Virus record (IMG/VR): IMGVR_UViG_3300034683_000142 | Location: 34,885-98,884 of that record | Direction: 5' to 3' (one strand) | Length of the DNA stretch: 64,000 nt | Source of the DNA: a virus | Part shown: one piece after another, positions 26,101-38,836 of the stretch | Numbering within the stretch: position 1 is the stretch's first letter | Layout of the letters: every line of letters begins with the position of its first letter | The notes under the pieces: model-generated | The model's database searches: none | What the model saw: only the letters and a program-made list of their open reading frames with translations | What the model was told of the DNA's origin: nothing | Made by a program: the position numbers and the translations under genes

Positions 26101-29100
26101 TAGGACATGGATTCTTGAATAATGGTAGAACTGATTTATGAACTAATCTAAGTTCATATTCTACAGTAGATCAGTTAAATGCATTAATGCAACTTCCTAT
26201 GCCTAGTGGAAAGATTATAAATATTATTGAAGGTAATGGAGACCCAAATTTAGAAATTCTATATAATCAAATAGCAAATAGTTTAGCTAATGTATCATAT
26301 GAATATGAATTACCAACTGAAACTATTCTATTATTTAATAAATTTATAAGAGCTTTACCAACTACTAATCTAGATGTATTACCTATAAATATAAGTCAAG
26401 AAAATCCTAATTTATCTTTTAATGAGTTTGAGAGATTGTTAAATAAGCATACTACATATACTGATTATAGTACAAGTCCATATAGTGTTAAGAATTCTAT
26501 TGTTCAAAAAATAAATAAAGTTATTTCTTCTGCTAGTAATCAAATTAATGCTAATACACCTGTTGATGTACAACCATTACATGATGCTATCAGAAATGTT
26601 CAAAATAAAAGAAATGGACAAACTCAACCTAAAAACGTAAGTAGTTCTAATAATATAAATAGTTCTAATAATAATGAAATAGGTAATCCTAATATAGTTT
26701 TTCGCACGTCTTCATTCAGTGATTATAAAGACAGAACTTATGAAAATGCTTCAGCAGATGCAACTATAGCATTAGCTACAGATTTTAATAGTTTTGGTGA
26801 ATTAGCTACTAAAGTAGCTGTTTTAGGACAAAATAAAAAATATATACCTATTGATGCTAACAACTTAAATGTAACGCCAGAAAGAGTTGATAAGATAGTT
26901 AATGAACTAAATAACCTATCTAATCCTACTCCTATTTTAAATTATTCTAAATTAGAAGAAAAGTTACAACTATCTACAAAAGAAAAACCAATTATTGTTT
27001 ATGTTGATGGTAGTGATATTAAAGGAACTGGTGCTATTGGATTTGGAGTAAATACCACTTATGATAATAAAGAGTATTCTATATCTGGCTCATTTGATAC
27101 AAATAACTTATCAAGTTTAGAAAAAGATTTAGGTATTAAATTAAAAAATAAGCCTTCCAATGCTGTAATGGAGTTTTATGGATCTTTAGTAGCATTGAGA
27201 AATACTCCAGAAAATGAATATATTGTTATTAGACAAGATTTAGAAGGTGTACAGCTTTGAATTTTATCAGGATTAATGGAGAGATTTTCTAATCAAAATC
27301 TAGATACAAAAAGCAAGTATGATTCTTGGTATAAATCTTTAACTGAAGAACAAAAGCAAGATTACTATAATAAAGTACAAAATATAATAGGTCTAGATAA
27401 AAATTTAATTTCTAAATTTGATTGGGACGGTAGAAAAGGATTTTATGCTGAAGATATGACTGTTAGAGCAATTCAGCAAAAGATAATAGATATTATATTA
27501 AACAGAAAAGGAAAAGTAAAATATCAATGAGTTAGGGGACATTCTGGTGAAGCTGGTAATGAAAAAGTAGATGCTATTGCAAAAGAAAGACGTAACTATA
27601 ATACATATAAAGATTTATTTAATAAATCCGCAGGTAAAGAAAAAAATACTGAAAATAATTTTAATTCTGATTTATCTAGTTTAGAGAAGAATGCTAAAAA
27701 AGAGATATCTCTTAATATAGCAGGCAATGGTATTTATACTATGAAAGGTAAATATACTCAAGACCAAGTTGATGAATTTACCTATAAATTATTAAAAGCT
27801 ATTATTGAGTCTCCTAATCTTAAATTAAAAATTAATTCTATTAGATCTGGTGGTCAAACTGGATTTGATGAAGCTGGTGCTAAAGCTGGTATAAAATTAG
27901 GAATACCTGTTACTGTCTTAGCTCCCAAAGGTTGGAAATTTAGAGATATAAATGGAAAAGATATTTCTGATGAAAAGAAGTTTAAAGAAAGGTTTAATAA
28001 TGTATTAAACAAAAATAAACAGATAAGTAATCCTATTCTAAGTAAAGAACAAAAAGAAACAGTAAAGACTCCAACTATACAACATATTGCTGATCATGAT
28101 AGTGACTTAGGAAAAGATAAAAAAGGGTATGAGCAATTTAGAATATATGAAAGGATTGATAATCAGGATGGATATAGTTTAGCTTATGGTAAACCTATTA
28201 AAATTAAAGGATTTGAAGAATTTGATTTTTATTTAGCAGAAAATCAAGAAGGAAGACCATGAACTACATATGAAAAAAGAACAGGTAGAATTACAAGTCG
28301 TGGAAATACTCAAAAAGAAGCAATTGAGAGTCTTCAAACTGGATTAAACTCTGTTGGATTGGATAATATGAGGAATATTATATCAAGTCAAAGGTCAGTT
28401 TATGAAGAAAATCAGGTAGAAGAATTTAATACAGAAGAAGTAGAAAATATATCAGATGAAGATAATTTAAATTCTCATGATATGTTATCTTATTATCAAC
28501 AACAGTATGATGCTTCCGTAGGTAAAGATAACACTGGTATAGCTGCTAATGGAGTAAAAGGATTGTTTGCTTTAACTGCTTATTATAATAATTTCTTTTT
28601 AAATACTTGGGGAAATAAAGATCTTACTGATACAGAACTTAGACGTAGTAGTAAACTATTTAAGAAGGATATTAAATTCAAGGATGATTTTGGAAATGAT
28701 GTAAGGATATTTATAGGAAGCTTGCCTGATGTACTTATAAATAGAAAACAAGAAGAATCTTTAAAAAGAGTTTTAGGAGATAATTATAGTAGATTATTTC
28801 CAAATAGTGCTGTATATATGAGTGCATTTGTATCAGCTGCAACAGACAATGCAAAAGAGCTTATTATGGCAAAGGTTAATGCTTCACCAAAATTAGCAGG
28901 AATGCACGCTTATATGATAGCATTAGGATTTACTCCAGATCAAATTACTGAGTTTATGACTTCTAAAACAGCTTCAAAAATTGTTTTGAGATCTACAGAT
29001 AATATATATGATGATGGTATTAGTAATTCTGTTACTAGGGTTATAAAGGAACTAAAAGCTGATCCTACCGTAAATAAAAGTCAGTTATTAGCGTTTGAAC

Positions 29101-30626
29101 AATTATACCTAGATTCTCAAGAATTTGCTAATCTTACAAGTATATTAGGAGTAAATCAAAAATTAAAAGCCAGAACTTGGGAAATGTATAATTTTTTAAG
29201 TAGATTTGATAATATATTAAGTTCTGCCGAAAAACTAGCTATTAAAAGTTTTAAAGACTTGGATAAAATTAAATTTAGAAATGCTATATTGAAGTATAAT
29301 AAATTATTAACTCCAGAAGATTCTAATTATATAGATGAAATATATGATGCTATAAATTCATTAACTTTAGAAAATGGTAAAACTGTAAAGATATTACACA
29401 ATTTTAATAGTAATTATTATTTCAGTAGTCCTAGATATAGACACTACGTTAAAGAATATTATAATCTTATTAAGAGAACTTTTAATATTTTTGAAGTAGT
29501 TGATGAAGTTCCTCATTTTAAAAAATTAATAGAAAGTTTAAGTATGTCAGATAATGTATTAAAAAATACTACTGAAAAATATAACTATACTTTAAATACT
29601 TTAAAAAATGTTTTAAATGATGAGTCTCATGAATTAAATGAAAATGATATTCCATTATATGTTAACATAAATAATTTAACTAAGGGATCTAATTATTTTG
29701 ATACTAAAGCTATATTATTATGGTTAAAAACAGACAAGATGAGTAAATATGCTTTTGATGTCGGGAAAATACTTAGACAAGCTGGAATGGATAGCATTAC
29801 ATTATATAAAGATAGCAGTTCAAGATATAACTTAGAAACTATAACAGTAACTCCTGGAGATGACTATATTGTAGATTTGACTACAGATTATGGAATTGCT
29901 AACTTTAAGAAATTGATGGAGGAGGCAGTTCTGCCATTACTACAGCAGTTAGATAATTCTAATGTTATAAAAAATCTTAGAGTTGAAACTATTACAAATC
30001 AGTATGGATTAAAGACTAATGCCATAGTATCAGCTTATGAACTTAAAAGATTAAATTCTTCAATAGCTATAGAGCAATTTAATCAACTTATTGATGCTTT
30101 TAATAATATAGATATCAACACATCTACAGCTAATAAGTTTCAGAATGCTTATGGTGAACCTTTACAGTGAAGGGATCTGTTCTATATTTATAATCTAGTT
30201 GTAAATAATGAAAGGTATGGGAATAAAAGACTTACACCTCTTTTTAGAGACTATACAAAAAGTTTTGATTCTCTATCTTTAGACTATATGAAGTTCTTTT
30301 CAAAAATAGATAAAGGTGATATAGACGTTTTGTATGATGATTTATATAATAGTCCAGAGTATATAAATGCTGATGAAGATACTAGAAAGTCTTTAAAAGA
30401 AAAATATGATAAAACTATTAAAGAAGATTTATTGTTTTATTCATTTAATGAAAGAGGCGTATTATCAGAATTAGAAGACAGCCCTGAAGTAAAAGCACAG
30501 ATAGCTAATCCAGATTTTGTTTTAACTTGAAATATAACTGGCAAATATGATACATCATATTATAAGATGAACTCTTTACTTAGAAAGATAAATTTAGGTG
30601 GTTTTATAGTAGAATTTAATTGTTAA
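20148..30626 (+). CDS. Virion DNA-dependent RNA polymerase catalytic subunit (~3492 aa, 12 TGA), with inserted SLOG and RNase H domains
   Basis: Single frame from ATG 20148 to TAA 30624-30626. SRIPSQSMQS...LQGSDFDVDK catalytic motif at 26067-26087 matches crAss/phi14:2-type DFDID RNAPs. Downstream GKDNTGIAAN and SAATDNAKEL motifs. Confidence 0.9.
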
Positions 30627-30627
30627 T

Positions 30628-33600
30628 ATGGCAAAGTGTGTATATATATTAAGAACTCCAGGAGGAGAAAAGATAATAATTCCTGCTGATTTTGGAAGTT
30701 TAGAATTAGATGATGATAAAGCCATAGAACTTATAAACAATTATAAGAGTGCTAAACCATCTGAAAGAAATGATGCTTTAAATGAACTTGTATCTTATAT
30801 TAAAGAGAATACTAAAGTAACTAAGATAAATAAATATGTGATAGAAGATGCTTTAAATAAAGATAAAATTTCTGATATTATAAAAGAAATAAATCAACAA
30901 TTAGAGTATTCTACAACATATAAAGATTTTTCTAAAGCTTTAAAAAATTATTTATATAAGAATCCAGAAAAGTATAATGAAATTAATGAGAGAATTAACA
31001 GAAGGCTATTGCCTTCTGATTTTAAAAATTTAGATACTAATAAAGTATTAGGAGTAACTTCACTTAATAATGAGATATCTAAATTAGATTTATTAATAAA
31101 TGAAAATAGAACTCAAGGATTTGATTATACTTTTCTGGATAATATTAAAAAATTCTTAGAAGCACTGCATACATCTAGAGTGTTAAATAAAGATAAGAAT
31201 GTATTAATATCTTTTTCAACAGAATATGGACTAAAATCAATAAATGTAGATGAGTACTCATTTTTTAAAGAAGATAATCCAAGTTCTCTATTTTTAAGTC
31301 TTTTTAAAAGAGTTGGGAATAGTATTGATGTTAATTTATTAAACGATATTCTTACAAAATATAAAATAGATACTGTAAAAACTTCTAAAGAATTTTTTGA
31401 TAATATAGCAGAAGAAGCAGTTAATCCTTCTAAGTTTGAAAAATTATTAGAAAGTAAAGAGAATAATAATGTAATTTCTGAAATAATAAAACTAATAACT
31501 AATAGGTTAGATCCTACAGGTTATTTGTACAGTAGTACTAAAAGTGTATTTCAAAATTTAAATCCGAATAGTTATGGGTATAACATAGTAAGAGACTACA
31601 TGAATCAGCAACAGTTTTTAGAAATGGAAAGAATTTTTAGTAGTGAATATACTACTAATAAAATAATAACTTATGCTGAATCTCTAGACTTATTTGATTA
31701 TAATAAAGCTAAGGATGACTTATTTTCTGAAGTTATTCAATTACCTAATGTAGATTATAAATATGTAACACAAAATGTTGCTGTAGGAAAAGACTTGTTG
31801 TTAGTTCAAAATACTGATAAGTCTGGAAAAAAGTATTTTAATTCTTATATTATTCAGAATATATTTCCAAAGGATAATGGTGTATTCATAGTTAGCCTTT
31901 ATAAAGATCAGGATGGTAATTATAAAAGCTATAAACAAACATATCTACCTGGTGATGATCTTTTTATAAGAAAAAGAGAGAGTGCTAAGATACCATATGA
32001 TCCAGATTTGGAGATTACTACTAGTAATAATTTTGTAGAATTAAAAAGAAATTTTAAGTATTTGTCTAAAAATGATTTGCAATATTTTATAAAAGATATA
32101 GCAACTGTAGGAGATAAAACTGATATTGGTACTGTAGTAGGTGTATATCCTTCATATTTATATATAAAGTCAGAAGGTGGTTTTACTAAGCAAGCATATT
32201 CTGATATAAAAAGTTTTAATTCTACTGTGTTAGAAGAATTATATAAATCATATTCTGACATACTAAAAGATTTTAATTATAATGCTTATACAGAAATACG
32301 TGATGTAAATCTTATATCAAAAGATGATATAATAATAGATCCAACATCTGCAATTAAAAATAAAGCAATTGTAGTATATTCTAATCCTGATTATGTATTT
32401 ATAATATCAGATAATGGTAATAAAAAATATATAAAACCAATCCCAAGAATAGAACTAAAAGATAGTAAAGCATGGATGAATTCTATTGATAATCTAACTC
32501 CTGATGAAAGGAAAGAAATAATAGATAATTTAAATGCTATGGATGCGTCATCTATGACATTATCTTTATTTTTTGATAAGAGTAAGGCCACTAAAGGAGA
32601 CTATTTCTATGGTAAATTGAATAATGACCAAGTATATGGTAAAATAGTAGATAATAATAAAGTTATAATTTTTAAAGATGGCTCAGAAGTACATAATATT
32701 TCAGATATATCTGATATACAGTTTTATACTTCAAGAGATATATCCTCTTCACATACTTTACATATTTTAAGAGTCAATAGTTGAAAAGTAACTCCTAAAC
32801 CAATAAGTATTGCTGAACAAGATCCTAGTTTTGTAGAAGTGAAGTATATTATTCCTAATGATATAGATGAGAATAGTTTAACATTTTTACCTACTGGATA
32901 TGCAGATATAGGAAAATATATAGACAAATATACTGATATTCCAAAAGGATATAAAGATATTACTAATTATGTAAAAACTACATTTTTTAAAATTAATGAC
33001 AAGAACACTAAACTTTATGTAATTGATTTAAATGGTTCTAGAAAGTATGAGGTAGATCTTACTGGTCTTAGGAAGATTGTAGATTTTAGTAAAATTCCAG
33101 TTGAAGAAAAAGAAAGAATAAATCCTTTAAGAAAAGGAGTATATTTTAATATAGTAGAACGTGGGCGTTTATCTGATACTATGTATAGAGTTATGGAAGA
33201 TGTTGGAGATGAGATTATAGCTCATACTAACAAAATCAATGATAAAGGTGATATAATAACTATAGAAAAAGTATTTAGTAAGAGACAATTATATCAAACC
33301 CCTATAAAGGTAGATGGGAGAGACACAATTCCAGAAGGTTCTATATATAATTTATATCTGCAAAGTGGAAATAGTAAAACTAATGTATTATTAAAAGCAA
33401 CTGAAAATATACTATCTCATGATGAAATTCTTAATGTTGCTGGTATGCAAGATTTATTAGATAAAATGAAAGCCTATTTTGGAAACTATGGTATAGATGT
33501 AGATATAAGTAATGATAGTAAAGAGTTTAAAAATAATCAATTTGCTAAAATAAAAACTGAAGTAGTAGATGATAAACTAAAAACTTCTATATTATTAAAT

Positions 33601-34050
33601 GGAAATAAAGGTACTAAATCAGATCTAGTCCATGAAAATTTACATATATTCTTAACATTACTTAGATATAGTGATTATAGTACCTATGGAAAAGTTATTG
33701 ATTCTGTATTAGGAAAAAATGAAAATGAAGAAGATATTTCAGAAAGAGAAGAACAGTTTGTTAAAGCTATAGTTAATGCTTTACAAGGTGATTATATTAC
33801 TAATTTCTTAGATAAAGCAGATATAGTAGCTCAACAATTATATAATGTAATTAAAAAAATAAATCCTGATTTTAGTCTAAATATAGAAAGAGCAATAAAT
33901 AATCCTGAAGAATTGTTTAAGTCCTCTTTAAAAGATATATTTAATTATAAAAGTGATATATCTTCTCCTTACTATAATGTTAGATTAATAGATTCAGAAG
34001 CTTCGTTTAGAGAATGGGCTAAAAATAAAATAATACTAAAATGTGATTAA
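30628..34050 (+). CDS. Large virion protein (~1140 aa) with a C-terminal zincin-like domain (one TGA)
   Basis: 30628..32784 and 32839..34050 join through TGA. LVHENLH...EREEQFV zincin motif. Confidence 0.75.
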
Positions 34051-34051
34051 T

Positions 34052-37000
34052 ATGGGATGCTTTTATTATAAAAAAGAAAATGGTGAATTAATAAGATACG
34101 ATTTAGAAAGTTCTGTATATGAAGATTTCTTAAAAGAAACTAGTATCCTAGCTTCAAATTCTATATTTAGTTCTGAAGATGTGGTAGATAGTATTAAAAG
34201 AGAAATACTTAAAGCTAATTCTCCAAAAGCTTATTATGAAGCTACAGATATAGAAACTGTATATGAATTTGTTACTAAACCTCATGCTGAAATATTTGGA
34301 AATATAGCAGCACTAAAAGGACAGAGTAGGTTAGCTCCAGAATTTATACAGGAAAATAGAATTCTAGAATTTGTTAAGGCACATTTAGAAGAGTATACTA
34401 ACAACACTGGTGCAGTCTATACTCCAGAATATTTAGAGATGTTAAAAAAAGATCCTGTATTAAAACAATACGATGATAAAGACTTAATACCTGCACTTGC
34501 TGAAGTAGAAAGTAGGATTAGAATAGAAGAAATGACTAAAAATTTTAGTATTAAGTTTCATGAATGAGTAGATATGATTTTATCAAATAATGGAAAATTT
34601 GAAGAAGATTTTAGAAAGTTTTATTCAGAGAATCCAGAGATATTTGGTAATGATGTAGATATATCTATATGAGAAGAAAGAATAAAGTCTATTATTGGTA
34701 ATATAATACGTTCTTTAGAAGGAGAACCCTTACGCTCTATTCATTTAGTATCCTTACCTAATAAAGCAAATAATGTTCAATTAAAAGCTAAACTAGGTAT
34801 AGTAACTGTTAATACTTCTGGAGTGGCTAGTATATATGATGTGAAAATATCTAAACATCCTTTTAGTGATTGGGATGAATCTAAAACTCTTACTTATGAT
34901 TGGGAGCTAGCTCTAGAAAGACAATTATTAGGACAACATATAGATGTAGAAAATACTAGGCTTTATATAATACCTATAGAATTTAGTAAGTTAGGTGATG
35001 TAACTACTTTAAAATTTGGAACTCCAATAAACAGAACTACTCAAGGAGTCTCTGGTTTAGAAAAGTATAGACAAATATCTTCTATTGCTGAGATATTACT
35101 TCCTAGAAAAATTAAACCTGAGTATGATCCAAATAAAATAGCAGCACTTAAAGATTCTTTGAATAAATTATTGTTTCCAGATTACAGAGTTAAAACAGAG
35201 TGGGAAGATAATGATTTAGAGTTATTAATGAAAAACTCTAGAGAAAGATTTGAAAAAACTGGAGTATTTAAAAAATATAATGGTTTTAAAGATATAGACG
35301 GATTACCAGAAGGGATGATAATAGAAACCACTGAACACCAAACTGCTGAAGAAGCAGAAACAAAGTTTAGAGAAAAGATGGCTTTATATGTAAATCATGT
35401 AAAATCATTAGAAGGTAGAGGTGTTAGTGTAGTAAAAAATGCTGTAATATCATCTATTGCTACAGGTTCTAGTATAAAATTAGGAAAAAATCCAAGTAAA
35501 AAAGATATAGCTTTAGACCACGTATTAACAGAATATTTAAATGATGATTGGCAAGTTTTAGAAGGTATTAACGAAGCTGATGCCTTAGGAATAATTGTCA
35601 TGAGAAATACTAAAACTGGAATAATAAATTTATTTGATATTACAGTTCATAACTTATGAGCAGAATCTGGAATTAAAGGAATGACTTATGACCAGGTAGA
35701 AATGTTAAAAGCTATGTATTTCTTAAATGAATATAAAGATGTTCTTTTAGCCAAAGGAGCTTATAAGTTAGGAGAAATAATAGTTTTTAATAGTAGGAAT
35801 GGAAAAAGTAGATATAGGTCTTCTGCAACTGTTCTTACTTGGTTTAGAAGAAGAATGAATGAAGTAGGTATGGGAGATAAAATAAAAATTAATGACAATG
35901 ATTTAGTAGGAACAGAAGATCTTGCATTAATGACTCTAAATACTTATGTAAAAAACTATGCAGGTAAAGGACAAAAAGAAGTTGAAAATATATTTTCTAT
36001 ACTGCAAAATAATAGGTTTGACGAAATATCAAGAGAAAGATTAATTGAAGCAAGGGATCAATTTCTAATAGCTTTTCCTGAATATAGAGATGTAGAACCA
36101 ACTAAAGAACTAGATTTTCAAAATCCAACAGAAGTATTATATGCTTTATTACAAACAGCTATATTATCTAAATCTGGTATAAAACCTGAAGTTGATTTTC
36201 AAGGTTTAACAGAATATAGTATCGAGGCTGGAGATTTTCAGTCTCTGTGATTAGGTATTCTTAACAAGAATCAAAGAAAATATGATAAAAAAGGTAATAG
36301 AATACTTGGTATAATAGGTGGGTTATCCTGGATTAATCCAGAATTTGTTCAATCCAAAGACTTAAGGAATATAAATGAGATGGTTGCTAATGGCAACTCT
36401 ATAAATGGACAGAAACTTAATAAATTTAGTGAACACCAATGACCTTTAACTGATGAACTTTATAGAAAACTAGGATATGGTAAGTTTAAACAAATGACTT
36501 GAGGGGAAACTCAATCTATACATGCTGACTTTTTTGTAAAGGATAAAGAAACTGGAAAAATTGATAAATCTTTTAGAGCTAAAAATCCATATATAATTGA
36601 TGAAGAAAATGCTTTAACTGAAGACCAGAGAAAATATTTAAAACAAACATTGCTTTATATAAATGGTTTCATGGCTGGACTACCAGAAAATGAAATATAT
36701 TCTATAGATCCGACTAATTTAGAGAATATTACTAATAATAAATTACTAAAGGCTAGAATAGAATCTGGAGATTATTTTAAAATGCCACTTATGAGGAGAG
36801 AAGAAATCTCTAAATATAAAAGACTTGTAACTGGGTTTGGTGAGTGGTATAATATGGTAAAAGATAATCTAAGAGATACCATAGATCCTAGAGAATTTTC
36901 CTCACTTGATGTAGAAAATATAGAACACCAAAAACTTGGTTTTTTTCAAATGTATGATGTGTTTGGAAGTCAAGATGATGAGACAAGAGCAAGAATGATG

Positions 37001-38692
37001 GATAGGGAACAAATAGACTATTTTGAACTAAATCTTGATACTATAGCTCATAAGGTAGCTTTTTATAAAACTAGAAAAAGAATATTCGATATAATACTCC
37101 CAACTATTGAATCATATGTATGGTGAATGAAGTTAATGGGAGGAAAGATGGATGAAAAGGTTAGGAAGCAACTAAACTATATAGTTAACCAGGTAAACCT
37201 AGCAGTATTTAGTAAACCATTAGTGGATGATGAAGAGAAAAATATAGCTCAAGGATTAGCTTTTCAAAAGAAATTTTCTACTATAGCAATGCTAGCTTTT
37301 AGACCAACTATGTTAGTAAAAGAAATAACTGTTGGAACTATAAGAAATCTACTTACTGCTGGTACAGGAATACATGCTGACTTTGGAGAAAAAGAAATGA
37401 TAAAGGCTTATGAAAAGTTATTAACTGTAGGGTTAAAACAAGCTGTAGAACATAATTTAATAGAGGCATTAAATAGTGAGTATAGAATAGCTAATATGGA
37501 TATAGCAACCATGCCAGAAAAAGTTCAACATGATAAATTAGGATTGGCAAGGGGATTAGGTAGATGAATGTTTGCTACATCAACTGGTGGAGATTACTTT
37601 AATAGGTTAGCCATATTATTAGCTAGAATGATTAAAGATGGTTCTTATGAAGCGCATTCTATGAAAGGAAATACTTTAGTATATGATCCAAGAAAAGATA
37701 AAAGATTTTCCTATTACTTAGCAGAAAGGGAAAAGTATAAGGATGCTGATGGCAATTATACTAAAAAATCTGGAGACTCTTTATACAATGAGCAAAGAAA
37801 TCTATATCTTTTAATGATAGAACAATTTAATTCTGAATATGCTATTGTAGGAGAAGGTCATCTTACAGAAAAAGATTTAATTCCTAAAGCTTATACTCTT
37901 AAAGAAAGAAACTCAATAAAAGCTATGGCTGATAGAGTATATGGAGCATATGATAAAGATGCACAAGCTCAAATTAATAATAAGTTAGCAGGAATTGCAT
38001 TCTTTCAATTTATGCAGTATTGGCCATCAAAAATGCAATTTTGATTTGGTAAACCAATATCAGCTGATGCATCTCCTGTAGGTAAGTTTGAACATGCAGT
38101 CAAAAAAGATGCTGATGGCAATCTAATACTCGATGATAAAGGTAAACCAATACATTTATATCTTAAAGATGTTGTAGATGAAAATGGTGATCCAGTATTA
38201 GATGAGTATGGTGTTCCAAAAAGAGAAATTGTAGAATATGAAACAGATGAAAAACTTATGGCTTGAAATGGCACTCCACAAGAAGGTATATTTTATTCTG
38301 TCTTTTATACAATAAATGATTTAGTTAGATTAAACTGGGATGATCTTAAAAAGAATAAATGAAGAGTAAATAGAACTCTTTATGCCATAGGAGATTCTGT
38401 TTTGATCTTTATGATATTAGGTATTATGAGAGCTATATACGACTCAATGAAAGATTCTACTGAAAGAGGTACTTTTAGTGGTGAAACTGTAGCCTTTATG
38501 GATGCTGTTAATACAAAAGTACTTAATGAGTATAATTTATGAAATAATACTTTTGGAGCATTAAGTTCCGAACCAGCATGATTAAGTTGGAGTTTAGGAG
38601 CCATGCAAAATGTAGGAGATGTTATTCAAGGTGACAAGACTTTGGGTAAAGCAGCTGCACAATCTATAGGTATGTTTGAAATGTTAAGATAA
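34052..38692 (+). CDS. Large virion cargo/RNAP-associated protein (~1546 aa, ~13 TGA)
   Basis: One frame from ATG 34052 (MGCFYY) to TAA 38690-38692, interrupted only by TGA where read. Confidence 0.75.
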
Positions 38693-38700
38693 AAAAAAAT

Positions 38701-38736
38701 AAGCCGAATACAGTAATTTCTGTACTCGGCTTTTTT
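38701..38736. terminator. Bidirectional intrinsic terminator 1 at the convergence of the two gene blocks
   Basis: A-run, then AAGCCGA-ATACAG-TAATTT-CTGTAC-TCGGCTT, then T-run. Confidence 0.8.
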
Positions 38737-38748
38737 ATTAAAAAAAAT

Positions 38749-38782
38749 AAAGGGAATAATCTATACAGACTATTCCCTTTTT
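38749..38782. terminator. Bidirectional intrinsic terminator 2
   Basis: AAAGGGAATA...TATTCCCTTT hairpin flanked by A- and T-runs. Confidence 0.7.
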
Positions 38783-38836
38783 CTAACAAACAAACAAAAA
38801 TAAAATGGAAACAAAATAGTTTTTAACTATTTTAAT

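Noticed and set aside
749-38604. Minus-strand ORFs within the + block (e.g. 6945..7322, 14559..15026, 15543..16127, 21644..22180)
   Set aside because: They are antisense shadows of long AT-rich genes, with Ser/Leu/Phe/Ile-rich composition and no motifs.
4927-38692. Late genes as pseudogenes or many small ORFs, as in the ORF track
   Set aside because: The breaks I read are in-frame TGAs with no frameshift or TAA/TAG, and conserved motifs span them. Recoding explains this better.
1-38692. TGA read as selenocysteine or glycine
   Set aside because: TGA aligns with TGG in an internal repeat and with conserved Trp positions (RNase H WVRGH), and the proteins are nearly Cys-free.
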